64,000 bases of DNA from Candidatus Latescibacterota bacterium (GCA_965204745.1 OZ242010.1:5283461-5347460); one strand, 5' to 3'. Shown: positions 46,765-56,591, counted from the first letter of the stretch. Translations and numbers: made by a program. Notes: generated by a model not told the origin, from the sequence alone.

Positions 46765-47754
46765 ATGACACAACCGCTTTTGGACATCTGCGACCTCAAA
46801 ACCTATTTTTACACGGACGATGGGATCGTGCGCGCAGTCGATGGCGTGTCCCTGTCCATGATGCCGCAACAGACCCTGGGCGTGGTGGGCGAATCCGGGT
46901 GCGGCAAAAGCATCACGGCATTTTCGACCATGCGCCTCATCCCAAGCCCGCCGGGCAAAATCGAAAACGGGCAGATTTTGTTTCGCAAAACCCCAAAAAG
47001 CGATCCCATCGACCTGACCCAACTCAACCCCAAAGGCGCGCAGATGCGCGGGATTCGCGGGAATGACATCGCCATGATCTTTCAAGAACCCATGACCTCG
47101 CTCAGCCCGGTCCACACCGTGGGCAACCAGATCGGCGAAGCCATTATGTTGCACCAAAATGCGGACAAAACCGAGGCTCGGGAACGCGCCATTGACGCGC
47201 TCAACAAGGTGCGCCTGCCGCGTCCGGACCGCCAGGTCGATGCCTATCCCCACGAACTTTCGGGCGGGATGCGCCAACGCGCGATGATCGCCATGGCCCT
47301 GTCGTGCAACCCCAACTTGCTCATCGCGGACGAACCCACCACGGCCTTAGATGTGACGGTGCAGGCCCAAATTTTGGACCTGATGCGCCAACTGCAATCC
47401 GATATCGGCATGGCGATTATGCTCATCACGCACGACTTGGGCGTGGTCGCCAGCATGGCGGATTACGTCGCGGTGATGTATTTGGGCAAGATCGTCGAGT
47501 ATGCCGACACGCGCACCATTTTCAAAAACCCGCGCCATCCCTATACCAAGGGCTTGCTGAACTCCCTTCCCCAAGTGGGGCACAAACGCCGGCTCGTGCC
47601 CATTGAAGGCGCGATTCCAGATCCGTTTGAAATCCCCCAGGGCTGTGCTTTTGCCCCGCGTTGCCCGCACGCCATGCGAAAGTGCCGCGAAGAACCGCAA
47701 CTCCTCGAAATCGCATCGGGCCATCGCGTGAGTTGTTGGTTGGAAAATGATTGA
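46765..47754 (+). CDS. ABC transporter ATP-binding protein (DppD/OppD-like)
   Basis: Walker A GESGCGKS, signature LSGGMRQR, Walker [14 protein letters not shown]-terminal oligopeptide-ABC extension with Cys motif. Confidence 0.85.
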   Translation: MTQPLLDICDLKTYFYTDDGIVRAVDGVSLSMMPQQTLGVVGESGCGKSITAFSTMRLIPSPPGKIENGQILFRKTPKSDPIDLTQLNPKGAQMRGIRGNDIAMIFQEPMTSLSPVHTVGNQIGEAIMLHQNADKTEARERAIDALNKVRLPRPDRQVDAYPHELSGGMRQRAMIAMALSCNPNLLIADEPTTALDVTVQAQILDLMRQLQSDIGMAIMLITHDLGVVASMADYVAVMYLGKIVEYADTRTIFKNPRHPYTKGLLNSLPQVGHKRRLVPIEGAIPDPFEIPQGCAFAPRCPHAMRKCREEPQLLEIASGHRVSCWLEND

Positions 47755-48796
47755 TGGACAAAACGCCATGACAAAAACGAACGCGCAACCCCTCCTCGAA
47801 GTGACGCAACTCAAGACCCATTTCCCAATTAAAAAGGGCATTTGGCGGCGCGTGGTGGGCTATGTCAAGGCCGTAGATGGGATCGACCTGACCCTGTACC
47901 GCGGGGAGACCCTCGGTTTGGTGGGCGAATCCGGCTGCGGCAAGACCACGGCGGGGCGGTCGATCATTCGCCTGATCGAGCCTTCGGCTGGGAAGATCGT
48001 TTTCCACCACAACGGCGAGCCGATTGACCTGCGCGGCTTGGGCAAGGAAGATATCCGCAACCTGCGGCGCGAATTGCAATACATCTTCCAAGACCCCTTC
48101 TCGTCGCTCAACCCGCGCATGACGGTTTTCGACCTCGTGGCCGAACCCCTCGTCATCAACCGAGTCGCGTCCGGCGCCGAACTCGAAGACCGCATCGAGC
48201 AGTTGCTCATCCGCGTGGGCTTGCGTCCGGATCACCTGCGCCGCTATCCCCATGCGTTTTCGGGGGGGCAACGCCAGCGCATCGGCATTGCCCGCGCCCT
48301 CGCGCTCAATCCCAAACTCGTCATTGCCGACGAGCCGGTCTCTGCCCTCGACGTGTCCGTACAAGCGCAGGTCATCAACCTCCTCGAAGACCTGCAAGAA
48401 GCCTTTGGCCTGACGTATTTGTTCATCGCGCACGACCTCGGCGTCGTGGAACACATTTCGGATCGCGTGGCGGTGATGTACCTCGGTCAGATCATCGAGA
48501 TCACCACCTCTGAGCGGCTCTATCAAAATCCCCTGCATCCCTATACCGCGGCCCTTTTATCCGCCGTTCCAGTTGCGGACCCGGATGATCGACGCCAGCG
48601 CATCTCTATCGAAGGCGATGTGCCCGATCCCGCGGATGCCCCATCCGGATGCAAATTTCACACGCGCTGCCTGTACGCGCAGGACAAGTGCAAAACAGAA
48701 GCGCCCCAGCTAAGAGAAATCGAACCGGGGCACGAGGTGAGTTGCCACTTCGCGGGCGAACTCACATTCTCCGATCACCACGTCGAACCCGCTTGA
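47747..48796 (+). CDS. ABC transporter ATP-binding protein (DppF/OppF-like)
   Basis: Walker [10 protein letters not shown], signature FSGGQRQR, Walker [13 protein letters not shown]. 8-nt overlap with the upstream gene. Confidence 0.85.
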   Translation: MIDGQNAMTKTNAQPLLEVTQLKTHFPIKKGIWRRVVGYVKAVDGIDLTLYRGETLGLVGESGCGKTTAGRSIIRLIEPSAGKIVFHHNGEPIDLRGLGKEDIRNLRRELQYIFQDPFSSLNPRMTVFDLVAEPLVINRVASGAELEDRIEQLLIRVGLRPDHLRRYPHAFSGGQRQRIGIARALALNPKLVIADEPVSALDVSVQAQVINLLEDLQEAFGLTYLFIAHDLGVVEHISDRVAVMYLGQIIEITTSERLYQNPLHPYTAALLSAVPVADPDDRRQRISIEGDVPDPADAPSGCKFHTRCLYAQDKCKTEAPQLREIEPGHEVSCHFAGELTFSDHHVEPA

Positions 48797-48825
48797 CCTG
48801 GGACCGTGCTTTGGTATTTTGAAAA

Positions 48826-49104
48826 ATGAACTGGACCGTCACAATAGGTACGAGGGCACAAAAACAAATCAGGCGTTTACCCGAACAGATCAAAAAGAAT
48901 CTTGTTGCTCTGATCAGAGAGATTGAAGTGGCAGGTCCAGTTCGTGGGAACTGGCCTAATTATAGCTCTCTCGGAAGAAATCGGCACCATTGTCACATCA
49001 AAAAAGGAAGACCGACTTACGTCTCTGTTTGGGAAGTAAAGGACAAAAACATCAAACTGGTAGAGGTGACTTATGCAGGTACCCATGAAAAAGCACCGTA
49101 CTGA
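48826..49104 (+). CDS. RelE/ParE-superfamily toxin (HigB-like; toxin-first gene order)
   Basis: 92-aa basic protein (RelE/ParE-like by size and charge). Precedes and overlaps an HTH antitoxin gene. Very low GC (~43%). Confidence 0.5.
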   Translation: MNWTVTIGTRAQKQIRRLPEQIKKNLVALIREIEVAGPVRGNWPNYSSLGRNRHHCHIKKGRPTYVSVWEVKDKNIKLVEVTYAGTHEKAPY

Positions 49105-49429
49105 AGCAGACACCATTGAACTGCGCTTTCTCGGTCCGCAAGAAAAACGCAAGCAAGCCATTCGCGTACTCGATTCCATGGGCTTTGTGGATATATCCGA
49201 TTCAGTTCCCTGGCAGGCGTGTTTTTCGTATGCTGACGAACAGTTGCCCAGCATTTCTCTGGCGGGAGCAAGGGAAAAGGAAGGGTTGACACAACGAGAA
49301 CTGTCTCGGTTGACGGGCATTCCGCAACGACGTATTTCAGAAATGGAAAATGGCAAACGGCCCATTCAAAAAGAAACAGCGAAAAAACTGGGGAAAACAC
49401 TCAACATCAGCTATAAAGTCTTTCTGTGA
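49085..49429 (+). CDS. HTH XRE-family antitoxin (HigA-like)
   Basis: C-terminal helix-turn-helix LTQRELSRLTGIPQRRISEMENGKRPI. Overlaps the toxin 3' end by ~20 nt. Confidence 0.6.
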   Translation: MKKHRTEADTIELRFLGPQEKRKQAIRVLDSMGFVDISDSVPWQACFSYADEQLPSISLAGAREKEGLTQRELSRLTGIPQRRISEMENGKRPIQKETAKKLGKTLNISYKVFL

Positions 49430-49492
49430 ACCGACAGATCGCCTAAAAATATCCACTGAAATTTTTTGACGCTCGTCTTTCCGAGGGAAGCG

Positions 49493-50290
49493 ATGTCTTT
49501 GACGCAAGCGCAAATTGACCGCTTTCGCAAGTGGGGGTACGCGGTCGTGCCCGATATGTTCACGCGGCGGGAAGTGCGTGCGATGCGCGGGGAACTCGAC
49601 CGCTTCAAGCGCGAGGGGCTTCTCCGCAATGTGGCGACGGATGGCGATGGGCAAACCCATTCGCAAACGCAGATCAACTTGCAGATTTGCCCCATCACCC
49701 CCAAGAGTGCGTTTTACCGCGCCCTGCACTTTCACCCCAAGGTCATCGCGCTCGTCGAACAACTCATCGGCTCGCCCTTTGTGTTCTACCTCGATCAGAT
49801 CTTTCTCAAACCCGGCAAACAGGGCATTGGCACGGACTGGCATCAGGACAACGCCTATTTCAAAGTCAGGGACCCGGGCAAAGGCGTTGGGATGTGGGTT
49901 GCCCTGCACGATGCGACTATCGCCAACGGCACCTTGCACATCATTCCCGGCAGCCATCGAGAAAACCATGCCCACGACCGCGATCCCAACAGCGACCACC
50001 ACATTCACTGCGCCGTGCCCGAAGAGAGGGCCATCCCCATTGAATTGCCGGCCGGAGGCGCGGTCTTTTTTAATTTTGGCATCGCGCACAGCACCCGCGC
50101 AAATACCACAGCCCGAGAACGCGCGGGCCTTGCCCTGCATTTTTTGAACGCGGACTATATTCCCGAAAACATCAGAGGCACGCGGCGATATACCCACCTC
50201 ACAGGCCCTCTCGCCACGGGTGGGAAGAGGGAATACGGCCGCTGCATTGCCAACACTTGGCGCGATGAAGTGGATCGCGTGCTTGGGTGA
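49493..50290 (+). CDS. Phytanoyl-CoA dioxygenase (PhyH) family protein
   Basis: TDWHQDNAYF motif. N-terminal LTQAQIDRFRKWGYAVV is typical for the family. HxD...H iron ligands. Confidence 0.7.
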   Translation: MSLTQAQIDRFRKWGYAVVPDMFTRREVRAMRGELDRFKREGLLRNVATDGDGQTHSQTQINLQICPITPKSAFYRALHFHPKVIALVEQLIGSPFVFYLDQIFLKPGKQGIGTDWHQDNAYFKVRDPGKGVGMWVALHDATIANGTLHIIPGSHRENHAHDRDPNSDHHIHCAVPEERAIPIELPAGGAVFFNFGIAHSTRANTTARERAGLALHFLNADYIPENIRGTRRYTHLTGPLATGGKREYGRCIANTWRDEVDRVLG

Positions 50291-50594
50291 ATCGTGCGTG
50301 CCCATCCTCTCTACCCCGCCGCTTTGGGCGATGCCCCCGTGTCCGCCCGCCGAAAAAAAATTGAAATTAGCTGTTGACATGTTTCCCCAAATCAGATAGT
50401 TTTTGAGCAGAACATAGAACCTCGTGCTTTGATGCGTTTTGCATCTCTTCCGATCCCGATGGTCTCAGTCGGGAATCCTACGGGTTCGACAATCTGTAAC
50501 GGGATGCGCGGATTGTTTGGTTTTATTCGACAAGCCGATAATCCCGTTCGATTGCCCCACTTGGGATAGGGTGTCGCTTAACAAAGGAGTGGGA

Positions 50595-52394
50595 ATGAGC
50601 GAAGCCAAAGATGGCCGTTCTGGCCTTGTTTTTCCGCTACGCGATTCTTCTTCCGAAGAAATTTTCCTCATTGTGCAGTGCCTTCAGGACGCTGGTTTTT
50701 CCCGCCATGACCGAGCATGGCTGGTGCGCGTTTTTGAACGCCCAGATTGTTTTGGCGATCCCAACGGGGACGCTGTGTTGAAAGAGGCGTTTGCGGCTTC
50801 TTTTGAGCATGTTCTGCCCGGCGTCGTGGAAGAATTGGGCGAACCGGAGCAAACCGAGGAAGACAGGCAGAACCGCTTGGCACTTCTGTTCGGGTTCCTG
50901 CTTGGCTTTGGGCCGATCTACAGCGAGGTGGTTCTACCCGATGACAGGCTCGGAAAATCGGGCGACGCTTGGCATGTTCCCGCGTGGGTTGGCGCGTTCC
51001 AAAAGCACGCGAGGTTTTGTGCGAAAAGTCTGGGTTGGCAAAAACTCAATGCGTTGCGGGACGCGGGTGTTTTTCGATTCTTTGACCTGATTCCATTTCT
51101 CTTTCCCAAAGGCGTGCCATTGGCCCAGGTCGTGGAGTTGGGCTTGTTAAATCCGATTCTGCGACGCGGATGGTCGAGCGATGATTTTCGGGATCCCAGA
51201 GAACTCGAGTTTTGGTTGATCTGGCGATTTCGCACGGATGCCGAATGCCGCGACATGATTGACCTGCACACGTTATTGCGAGCGTTTTCAGAGTTTCCCG
51301 ATGGCGTTTTGGGCGATAAAATACTCGGGCTGTTGAACGCCATCGAATACGCTATGAACCTGGGATCGGCATTGGGCGATAAACGCCTGAATGCGTTGGG
51401 CGACGGATGGCGGGTTGTTGCACGGGAGTTGACGCCGTTTTGGGAACTGTTGAATGGGAAATCGCCAGAGTCGCAGCCGCAACCCTCATCCCTGCTCAAA
51501 GCATGGTGGCGGTTGGCTGTGGCGATTCACTACAAAAGTATGGGTGGGTTGGAATCCGATCTCGCCGATGAACTCAGGAACCAGCTCGTCGAAAGTGCCG
51601 CACGGCACATTGGGATTTTGCGAAAGATAGTGCGAGAAACGCCTGAAAATTTTGCAGGTAGGGATTCGACGGGAATGCCCGTTTCCGATTTTTACGACAA
51701 GGCGTTTGAAGTGCTGTGCATTTTTGCACCCCCGTGGAAATGTCTGAAGTCCTTATTGCTGGCTTTTTCCGAGATGACCGTGCCGGCCATTGCATCTGAT
51801 CTGCGGCCATGGGCAGAAGCGAACAGAGAAGCCCCGCCGCATCCGCATCATCACATCCCGCTGTGGATCGGCATCGCCATGTATCCGCAGAATCTTCGGA
51901 ATGAATTGAAGCGAGACCCGCACTTGCGGCGGTTGCGCGAGGAGTTCGCCAAATTTTGCCTCGACCGGCTCAAAACAAAAAAAATTGACACCGAGGCGAA
52001 AACCGAGGTGTCTGATTACGCAGATGAAGAATTTGTCGAACCGCGTCGCCCGTGGCGACGGTGCTATGTGCAAGCCGTAACCGCATTGCGCGTCAATCCC
52101 GGCGGCCGGGCGCACAGAACCCTGTTCTGGCTTTCTAGGAATGATCCGGATAAAACGGTCCGAGAATTTGCAAAACGAGCGCACGGACAAATTCGGCATC
52201 TCAACCGCAACAAATCGAATTTAGATCGCGGTGCATCACCCCGCCGCCCCCTATTTGAAGCCTTTTGGTGGCTTCGCCAAGCGCATCTGTTGACGCTCGA
52301 CAAACCGATTGATGAGGCGGGCGCGCTGCGAACGCGCAGAACGGAGTTGCACCGCACCCGCGAGAAAGCTGATCGCCTCAATTGGGAAGCATAG
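50595..52394 (+). CDS. Hypothetical protein (~600 aa, predominantly alpha-helical), no recognisable domain; immediately upstream of the pVip cassette
   Basis: AAGGAG SD 6 nt upstream of ATG 50595. Long uninterrupted ORF with coding-like third-position GC. ~52% GC, lower than core genes. Confidence 0.5.
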   Translation: MSEAKDGRSGLVFPLRDSSSEEIFLIVQCLQDAGFSRHDRAWLVRVFERPDCFGDPNGDAVLKEAFAASFEHVLPGVVEELGEPEQTEEDRQNRLALLFGFLLGFGPIYSEVVLPDDRLGKSGDAWHVPAWVGAFQKHARFCAKSLGWQKLNALRDAGVFRFFDLIPFLFPKGVPLAQVVELGLLNPILRRGWSSDDFRDPRELEFWLIWRFRTDAECRDMIDLHTLLRAFSEFPDGVLGDKILGLLNAIEYAMNLGSALGDKRLNALGDGWRVVARELTPFWELLNGKSPESQPQPSSLLKAWWRLAVAIHYKSMGGLESDLADELRNQLVESAARHIGILRKIVRETPENFAGRDSTGMPVSDFYDKAFEVLCIFAPPWKCLKSLLLAFSEMTVPAIASDLRPWAEANREAPPHPHHHIPLWIGIAMYPQNLRNELKRDPHLRRLREEFAKFCLDRLKTKKIDTEAKTEVSDYADEEFVEPRRPWRRCYVQAVTALRVNPGGRAHRTLFWLSRNDPDKTVREFAKRAHGQIRHLNRNKSNLDRGASPRRPLFEAFWWLRQAHLLTLDKPIDEAGALRTRRTELHRTREKADRLNWEA

Positions 52395-52442
52395 TGTCCC
52401 CCTGCGGCGATAGATACCAACGAGAAAGGAGGTGATGAGAAT

Positions 52443-52607
52443 ATGGCGAAAATCAGTGGCAATCGCTCGGGCGGTACCCGCAGTGGCGGTAAAGGTGGTC
52501 GGCAAAGCGGCGGTCAAAGCAAAAGCCGTGGAAGTGGCGGCTGGCCGAGCAAGACCGGCAACCGCTCCGGCACTGGCCGAACCAATGCCCCGCCGAAAAG
52601 CAAATGA
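52443..52607 (+). CDS. Small Gly/Ser/Lys/Arg-rich ORF (54 aa; KGG-like), uncertain
   Basis: MAKISGNRSGGTRSGGKGGRQSGGQSKSRGSGG... lies between the hypothetical gene and pVip. The alternative overlapping frame (52432, MMRIW...) has atypical codon bias. Confidence 0.3.
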   Translation: MAKISGNRSGGTRSGGKGGRQSGGQSKSRGSGGWPSKTGNRSGTGRTNAPPKSK

Positions 52608-52783
52608 ACTGATCGGAAGGTGCTGATAACGCCAGTTCATTCACGCGATCAACACCTTCCGCCAACAACTGGTGCGTCCGCACTTCGTGGCTCAATAGCC
52701 ACCCGTTTGATCTCTTCGAGATCGTGCTATGGCGCATCCTTTCAAGACAATTTTTGAATCGCCTTGTCAAAGGAGAAAGGATC

Positions 52784-53683
52784 ATGAAAATGACCATCAA
52801 TTCCCCCGATCTGTCGCAGAAAATTCCATCGGTCAACTACCATCTCTGGGAGCCGTGCAACATGCGTTGCAAGTTCTGTTTTGCCACATTTCAAGATGTC
52901 AAGCGAGACATGGAACTGCCCAAAGGTCACTTGCCGGAGAATGAGTGTCTCTCGGTCGTGGATCGACTTGCCGAAGCCGGTTTTGAAAAGATCAATTTTG
53001 CCGGCGGAGAACCCACGCTTTGCCCTTGGTTGCCAAACTTGATCAAGCGGGCAAAGAACCATGAGATGGTCACCTCCATCGTTACAAATGGATCGAGAAT
53101 CACCGATCCATGGCTGGACGGGCTGAACGGAAGTTTGGACTGGATCGCGTTGAGCATTGATACCGTTGATCCGGAAAAACTGAAACGCTCGGGTCGCGCA
53201 CTTGGTGGTGGAAAGAAACCCATGACCGAGGAAGAATATCTGGGCATCATCCGCACCGTAAAGCGACGAGGGGTTCGGCTGAAAATCAACACGGTCATCA
53301 CTTCTGAAACGTGGCAAGAGGATTTTACCGACTTCATCAGATCGGCCAAACCGGAGCGATGGAAGTTGCTCCAAGCCCTCCGCGTCGAGGGGCAAAATGA
53401 CGCGCATATCGCCGATTTCGAGATCGCGCCAGAGCAATTCGAGGCGTACGTCCAACGCAATCGCATCGTCGAAAATGACGGTATTATCGTCGTGCCAGAG
53501 AGCAATGAAATGATGACGGAAAGTTATGTCATGATCGACCCAGCGGGCCGCTTTTTTGATAACGCACAAGGTGCCCATACTTATAGCCGCCCTATTTTGG
53601 AGGTTGGCATTGAAGATGCTTTGCAGGATGTATCGGTTGACCGTGAACGTTTTCTCAAAAGAGGAGGGCAGTATGAGTGGTGA
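52784..53683 (+). CDS. Prokaryotic viperin (pVip) radical SAM antiviral nucleotide-modifying enzyme
   Basis: CNMRCKFC (CxxxCxxC). Near-collinear similarity to human viperin RSAD2 recalled from memory: NYH..R.CN..C.FCF, KINFAGGEP, SIVTNGS, KINTVI, RWKLLQAL.VEGQN, VPESNEMMTESYVMID, ILEVGIEDA, and C-terminal FLKRGGQYEW (vs FLKRGGKYIW). Confidence 0.85.
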   Translation: MKMTINSPDLSQKIPSVNYHLWEPCNMRCKFCFATFQDVKRDMELPKGHLPENECLSVVDRLAEAGFEKINFAGGEPTLCPWLPNLIKRAKNHEMVTSIVTNGSRITDPWLDGLNGSLDWIALSIDTVDPEKLKRSGRALGGGKKPMTEEEYLGIIRTVKRRGVRLKINTVITSETWQEDFTDFIRSAKPERWKLLQALRVEGQNDAHIADFEIAPEQFEAYVQRNRIVENDGIIVVPESNEMMTESYVMIDPAGRFFDNAQGAHTYSRPILEVGIEDALQDVSVDRERFLKRGGQYEW

Positions 53684-53883
53684 TACACTCCCGCGCTGAA
53701 GCGAAGCGGGGTGAGGCCGTTAGAAATGAGGAGCGAAACCTCGCTGAGAAAGTTGCCCGACGCGAGGCAGTGCTTCAGGCGTACCGGATGTTTGACCCGA
53801 TTGAGATCGATACCAGTCACCTCGATCCCGATGCCGTACTCGTAGCGGTGCTCGAGGTTCTGCACAAATCCGTATTGTGTTAA
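53677..53883 (+). pseudogene. Cytidylate-kinase-like C-terminal remnant (68 codons) overlapping pVip stop
   Basis: RNEERNLAEKVARRE...DPIEIDTSHLDPDAVLVAVLEVL resembles the Cmk C-terminus (R-D-x-R-D...[20 protein letters not shown]). No P-loop N-terminal part is present. Confidence 0.35.
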
Positions 53884-53894
53884 GCATCTGATAC

Positions 53895-53936
53895 AAAAAA
53901 GTGCCCCGGCGATGTTTTGCCGGGGCACTTTTTTTG
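53895..53936. terminator. Bidirectional Rho-independent terminator (pVip cassette / uvrA)
   Basis: aaaaaa-gtgccccggc-gatgtttt-gccggggcac-ttttttt. Perfect 10-bp GC stem flanked by A6 and T7. Confidence 0.65.
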
Positions 53937-53967
53937 TCACCGTCGAGGGTTTAATCCGCGCCATCCC

Positions 53968-56529
53968 TTAATCCGCGACAATCCGCGATCCAGACTGGAG
54001 AAACCGGCCCGTGTGGGAAGTGGGAACGCGGGTGATCGCTTCGGGGGTGCCCGTGGCGACGATGTGCCCGCCGTTTTCGCCGGCGTCGGGGCCGAGGTCG
54101 ATGATCCAGTCGGCGCGTTTGATCACGTCGAGATTGTGCTCGATGACGAGCGCGGTATTGCCGCGATCCACGAGGCGGTCGAGCACTTCGATGAGCACGC
54201 GGATGTCGTCAAAGTGCAAGCCCGTGGTGGGTTCGTCGAGCAAGTACAGGGTCTTGCCCGTGGCACTGCGCGCCAGTTCAGTGGCGAGTTTCACGCGCTG
54301 TGCCTCGCCGCCGGACAATGAGGTGGCCGCCTGCCCCAAGCGCAAATAGCCCAGGCCCACGGCTGCGAGGGAGTTGAGGTGTCGCTGTGCGGCGGGAATG
54401 TTGCGGAAAAAGGACTGCGCCTGCGCGACGGTCATGTTCAACGCGTCGGCGATGGAACTGCCCTTGTACCGGACCTCGAGGGTTTCCCGGTTGTAGCGCG
54501 TGCCCGCGCAGGTGTCGCAAGTGACGAACACATCGGGCAAGAAGTGCATCTCGATGCGGCGCACCCCATCGCCCTGACAGGCTTCGCACCGCCCGCCCTT
54601 CACATTGAAACTGAACCGGCCCGCGCCATAACCGCGCACTCGGGATTCGGGCAGTTGCGCGTACAGGTCGCGGATGGCGGTGAACGCGCCGGTGTACGTG
54701 GCGGCATTGGATCGCGGGGTGCGCCCAATGGGCGATTGGTCGATGCGGATGACCTTGTCGAGTTGCCCCATGCCCTCTATTGCGCGATGGGGCAGGGGGT
54801 CTGCATTCGCGCGGTGAAAATGCCGGGCGAGCGCGGGATACAGGGTTTGGTCGATGAGCGAACTCTTGCCGGAGCCGGACACGCCGGTGACGCACACAAA
54901 AACGCCCAGTGGAATATCCACCTCCACGTCTTGCAAATTGTGCCCACGGGCGCCCCGAATCGAGAGATGGCCGTGCGGTTGGCGCGCATCCGGAGGCGGG
55001 GGAATGGTCTTGCGCCCCGAGAGATAATCGCCGGTGAGGGATCGTTCATCGGCCATCACGGTTCGCGGCGCACCCTTTGCGATCACCCGGCCCCCGTGTT
55101 CGCCCGCGCCCGGCCCGAGGTCGATGAGATAATCGGCCATTTCCATGGCTTCGCGGTCGTGCTCGACCACGATGACCGAATTGCCCAAATCGCGCAGATT
55201 GCAAAACGCTTTGATGAGTTTGCGATTGTCGCGGGGGTGCAGGCCAATGCTCGGTTCGTCGAGCACGTACAGGACGCCAACGAGGCGCGTGCCGATTTGC
55301 GTTGCCAAGCGGATGCGCTGAAATTCGCCACCGGAAAGCGTGGTTGCCCTGCGGTTGAGCGCGAGATACCCCACGCCCACATCTGCGAGAAAGCCGAGGC
55401 GGCTTTCGATTTCGCGGATCAGGGGCGCGGCGATCTCGGCGGCATTGTCTCGCAAGTCGAGCGTTTGAAAAAACCGCCTGATCCCATCGATGGGCAGGCG
55501 GGCGATATCGGCGATGGTGCTATCGGCAAGGGTGATGGCTAGCGCCTCTGCGCGCAAGCGCGTGCCATGGCACTCGGGGCAGGTTTGATCGCGCACGCGC
55601 GAATCGGAATCGCCCGGGGCCGGATCGCTGCTAGATGGAGGCTTGCTGAATAACTCCCCGTCAGCGCCTGCGTTGGAAACCGTCCCAAGGCCATCGCAGG
55701 TCGGGCAGGCGCCATAAGGGCTGTTGAAGGAAAACAAGCGCGGTTCGATGGCGTGGATTTCAAAATGGCCCTCTGTGCAGGCAAAGCGCGTGGAGAACGT
55801 CCAGTCGCCTTTGCCGACAATGTCGAGTGTGGCCGTGCCGTCGGCCAAATCGAGCGCGGTTTCGAGCGAATCCGCGAGGCGCGAAGCCAGGTTGCCGCGC
55901 ACCACCAAGCGATCCACGACCGCGTCAATGCTGTGCGCGGCGCGTTTGTCCAAGGTGATCGCACGGTCGAGCGGCAGAATCGCGCCATCCACGCGCACGC
56001 GCAGATAGCCCGCTTTTCGCAACTGCACAAAAACGCTTTGCTGCCCGCCTTTTGCATTGCGGACCAGCGGCGCGAGCACCTGAAGGCGTTGGCCTTCGGG
56101 CAAGGCGAGCACGCGATCCACGACTGCCGCGACCGTCTCTCGGACGATGACCTGCCCACAGACCGGACAATGCGGCGTGCCAACTCTGGCAAACAAGAGG
56201 CGCAAGTGGTCATAGACTTCCGTCAACGTGCCCACGGTCGAACGCGGTGTGCGGGGCATGCCGCGCTGTTGAATTGCCACCGCAGGCGAAAGACCTTCGA
56301 TGCTGTCGGCATCGGGCTTGTCCATCAAATCGAGAAATTGCCGCGCGTACGCAGACAGGGATTCGACATAACGGCGTTGCCCTTCGGCGTAGATCGTATC
56401 AAAAGCCAACGACGATTTGCCCGACCCGGAAGGCCCGGTGATCACGACCAGACAGTTGCGCGGAATGTCCAAGTCGATATTTTTGAGGTTGTGCTGCCGC
56501 GCACCGCGAATGGTGATCGTATCGCTCAT
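53968..56529 (-). CDS. uvrA: Excinuclease ABC subunit A (UvrA family), 853 aa
   Basis: N-terminus [66 protein letters not shown]. Two ABC modules with Zn-finger Cys clusters ([25 protein letters not shown]). Confidence 0.85.
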   Translation of the reverse strand: MSDTITIRGARQHNLKNIDLDIPRNCLVVITGPSGSGKSSLAFDTIYAEGQRRYVESLSAYARQFLDLMDKPDADSIEGLSPAVAIQQRGMPRTPRSTVGTLTEVYDHLRLLFARVGTPHCPVCGQVIVRETVAAVVDRVLALPEGQRLQVLAPLVRNAKGGQQSVFVQLRKAGYLRVRVDGAILPLDRAITLDKRAAHSIDAVVDRLVVRGNLASRLADSLETALDLADGTATLDIVGKGDWTFSTRFACTEGHFEIHAIEPRLFSFNSPYGACPTCDGLGTVSNAGADGELFSKPPSSSDPAPGDSDSRVRDQTCPECHGTRLRAEALAITLADSTIADIARLPIDGIRRFFQTLDLRDNAAEIAAPLIREIESRLGFLADVGVGYLALNRRATTLSGGEFQRIRLATQIGTRLVGVLYVLDEPSIGLHPRDNRKLIKAFCNLRDLGNSVIVVEHDREAMEMADYLIDLGPGAGEHGGRVIAKGAPRTVMADERSLTGDYLSGRKTIPPPPDARQPHGHLSIRGARGHNLQDVEVDIPLGVFVCVTGVSGSGKSSLIDQTLYPALARHFHRANADPLPHRAIEGMGQLDKVIRIDQSPIGRTPRSNAATYTGAFTAIRDLYAQLPESRVRGYGAGRFSFNVKGGRCEACQGDGVRRIEMHFLPDVFVTCDTCAGTRYNRETLEVRYKGSSIADALNMTVAQAQSFFRNIPAAQRHLNSLAAVGLGYLRLGQAATSLSGGEAQRVKLATELARSATGKTLYLLDEPTTGLHFDDIRVLIEVLDRLVDRGNTALVIEHNLDVIKRADWIIDLGPDAGENGGHIVATGTPEAITRVPTSHTGRFLQSGSRIVAD

Positions 56530-56591
56530 ATCTCAAAATAGCCGAACCGCGCAAAAAATCAACCGCGTCGTATCGGCCTTCGGAAATTGCC

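Noticed and set aside
44599-46771. Minus-strand ORFs 44599-45621 and 45494-46771 antisense to ABC permease genes
   Set aside because: Embedded antisense frames of conserved DppB/DppC-like permeases.
49337-50380. 347-aa minus-strand ORF antisense to PhyH gene 49493-50290
   Set aside because: Antisense to a CDS with the diagnostic TDWHQDNAYF motif.
52432-52626. 64-aa ORF MMRIWRKSVAIARAV... overlapping the Gly-rich micro-ORF
   Set aside because: Third-codon positions are A-rich, atypical for this genome. The alternative frame starting at 52443 has more coding-like composition. Neither is certain.
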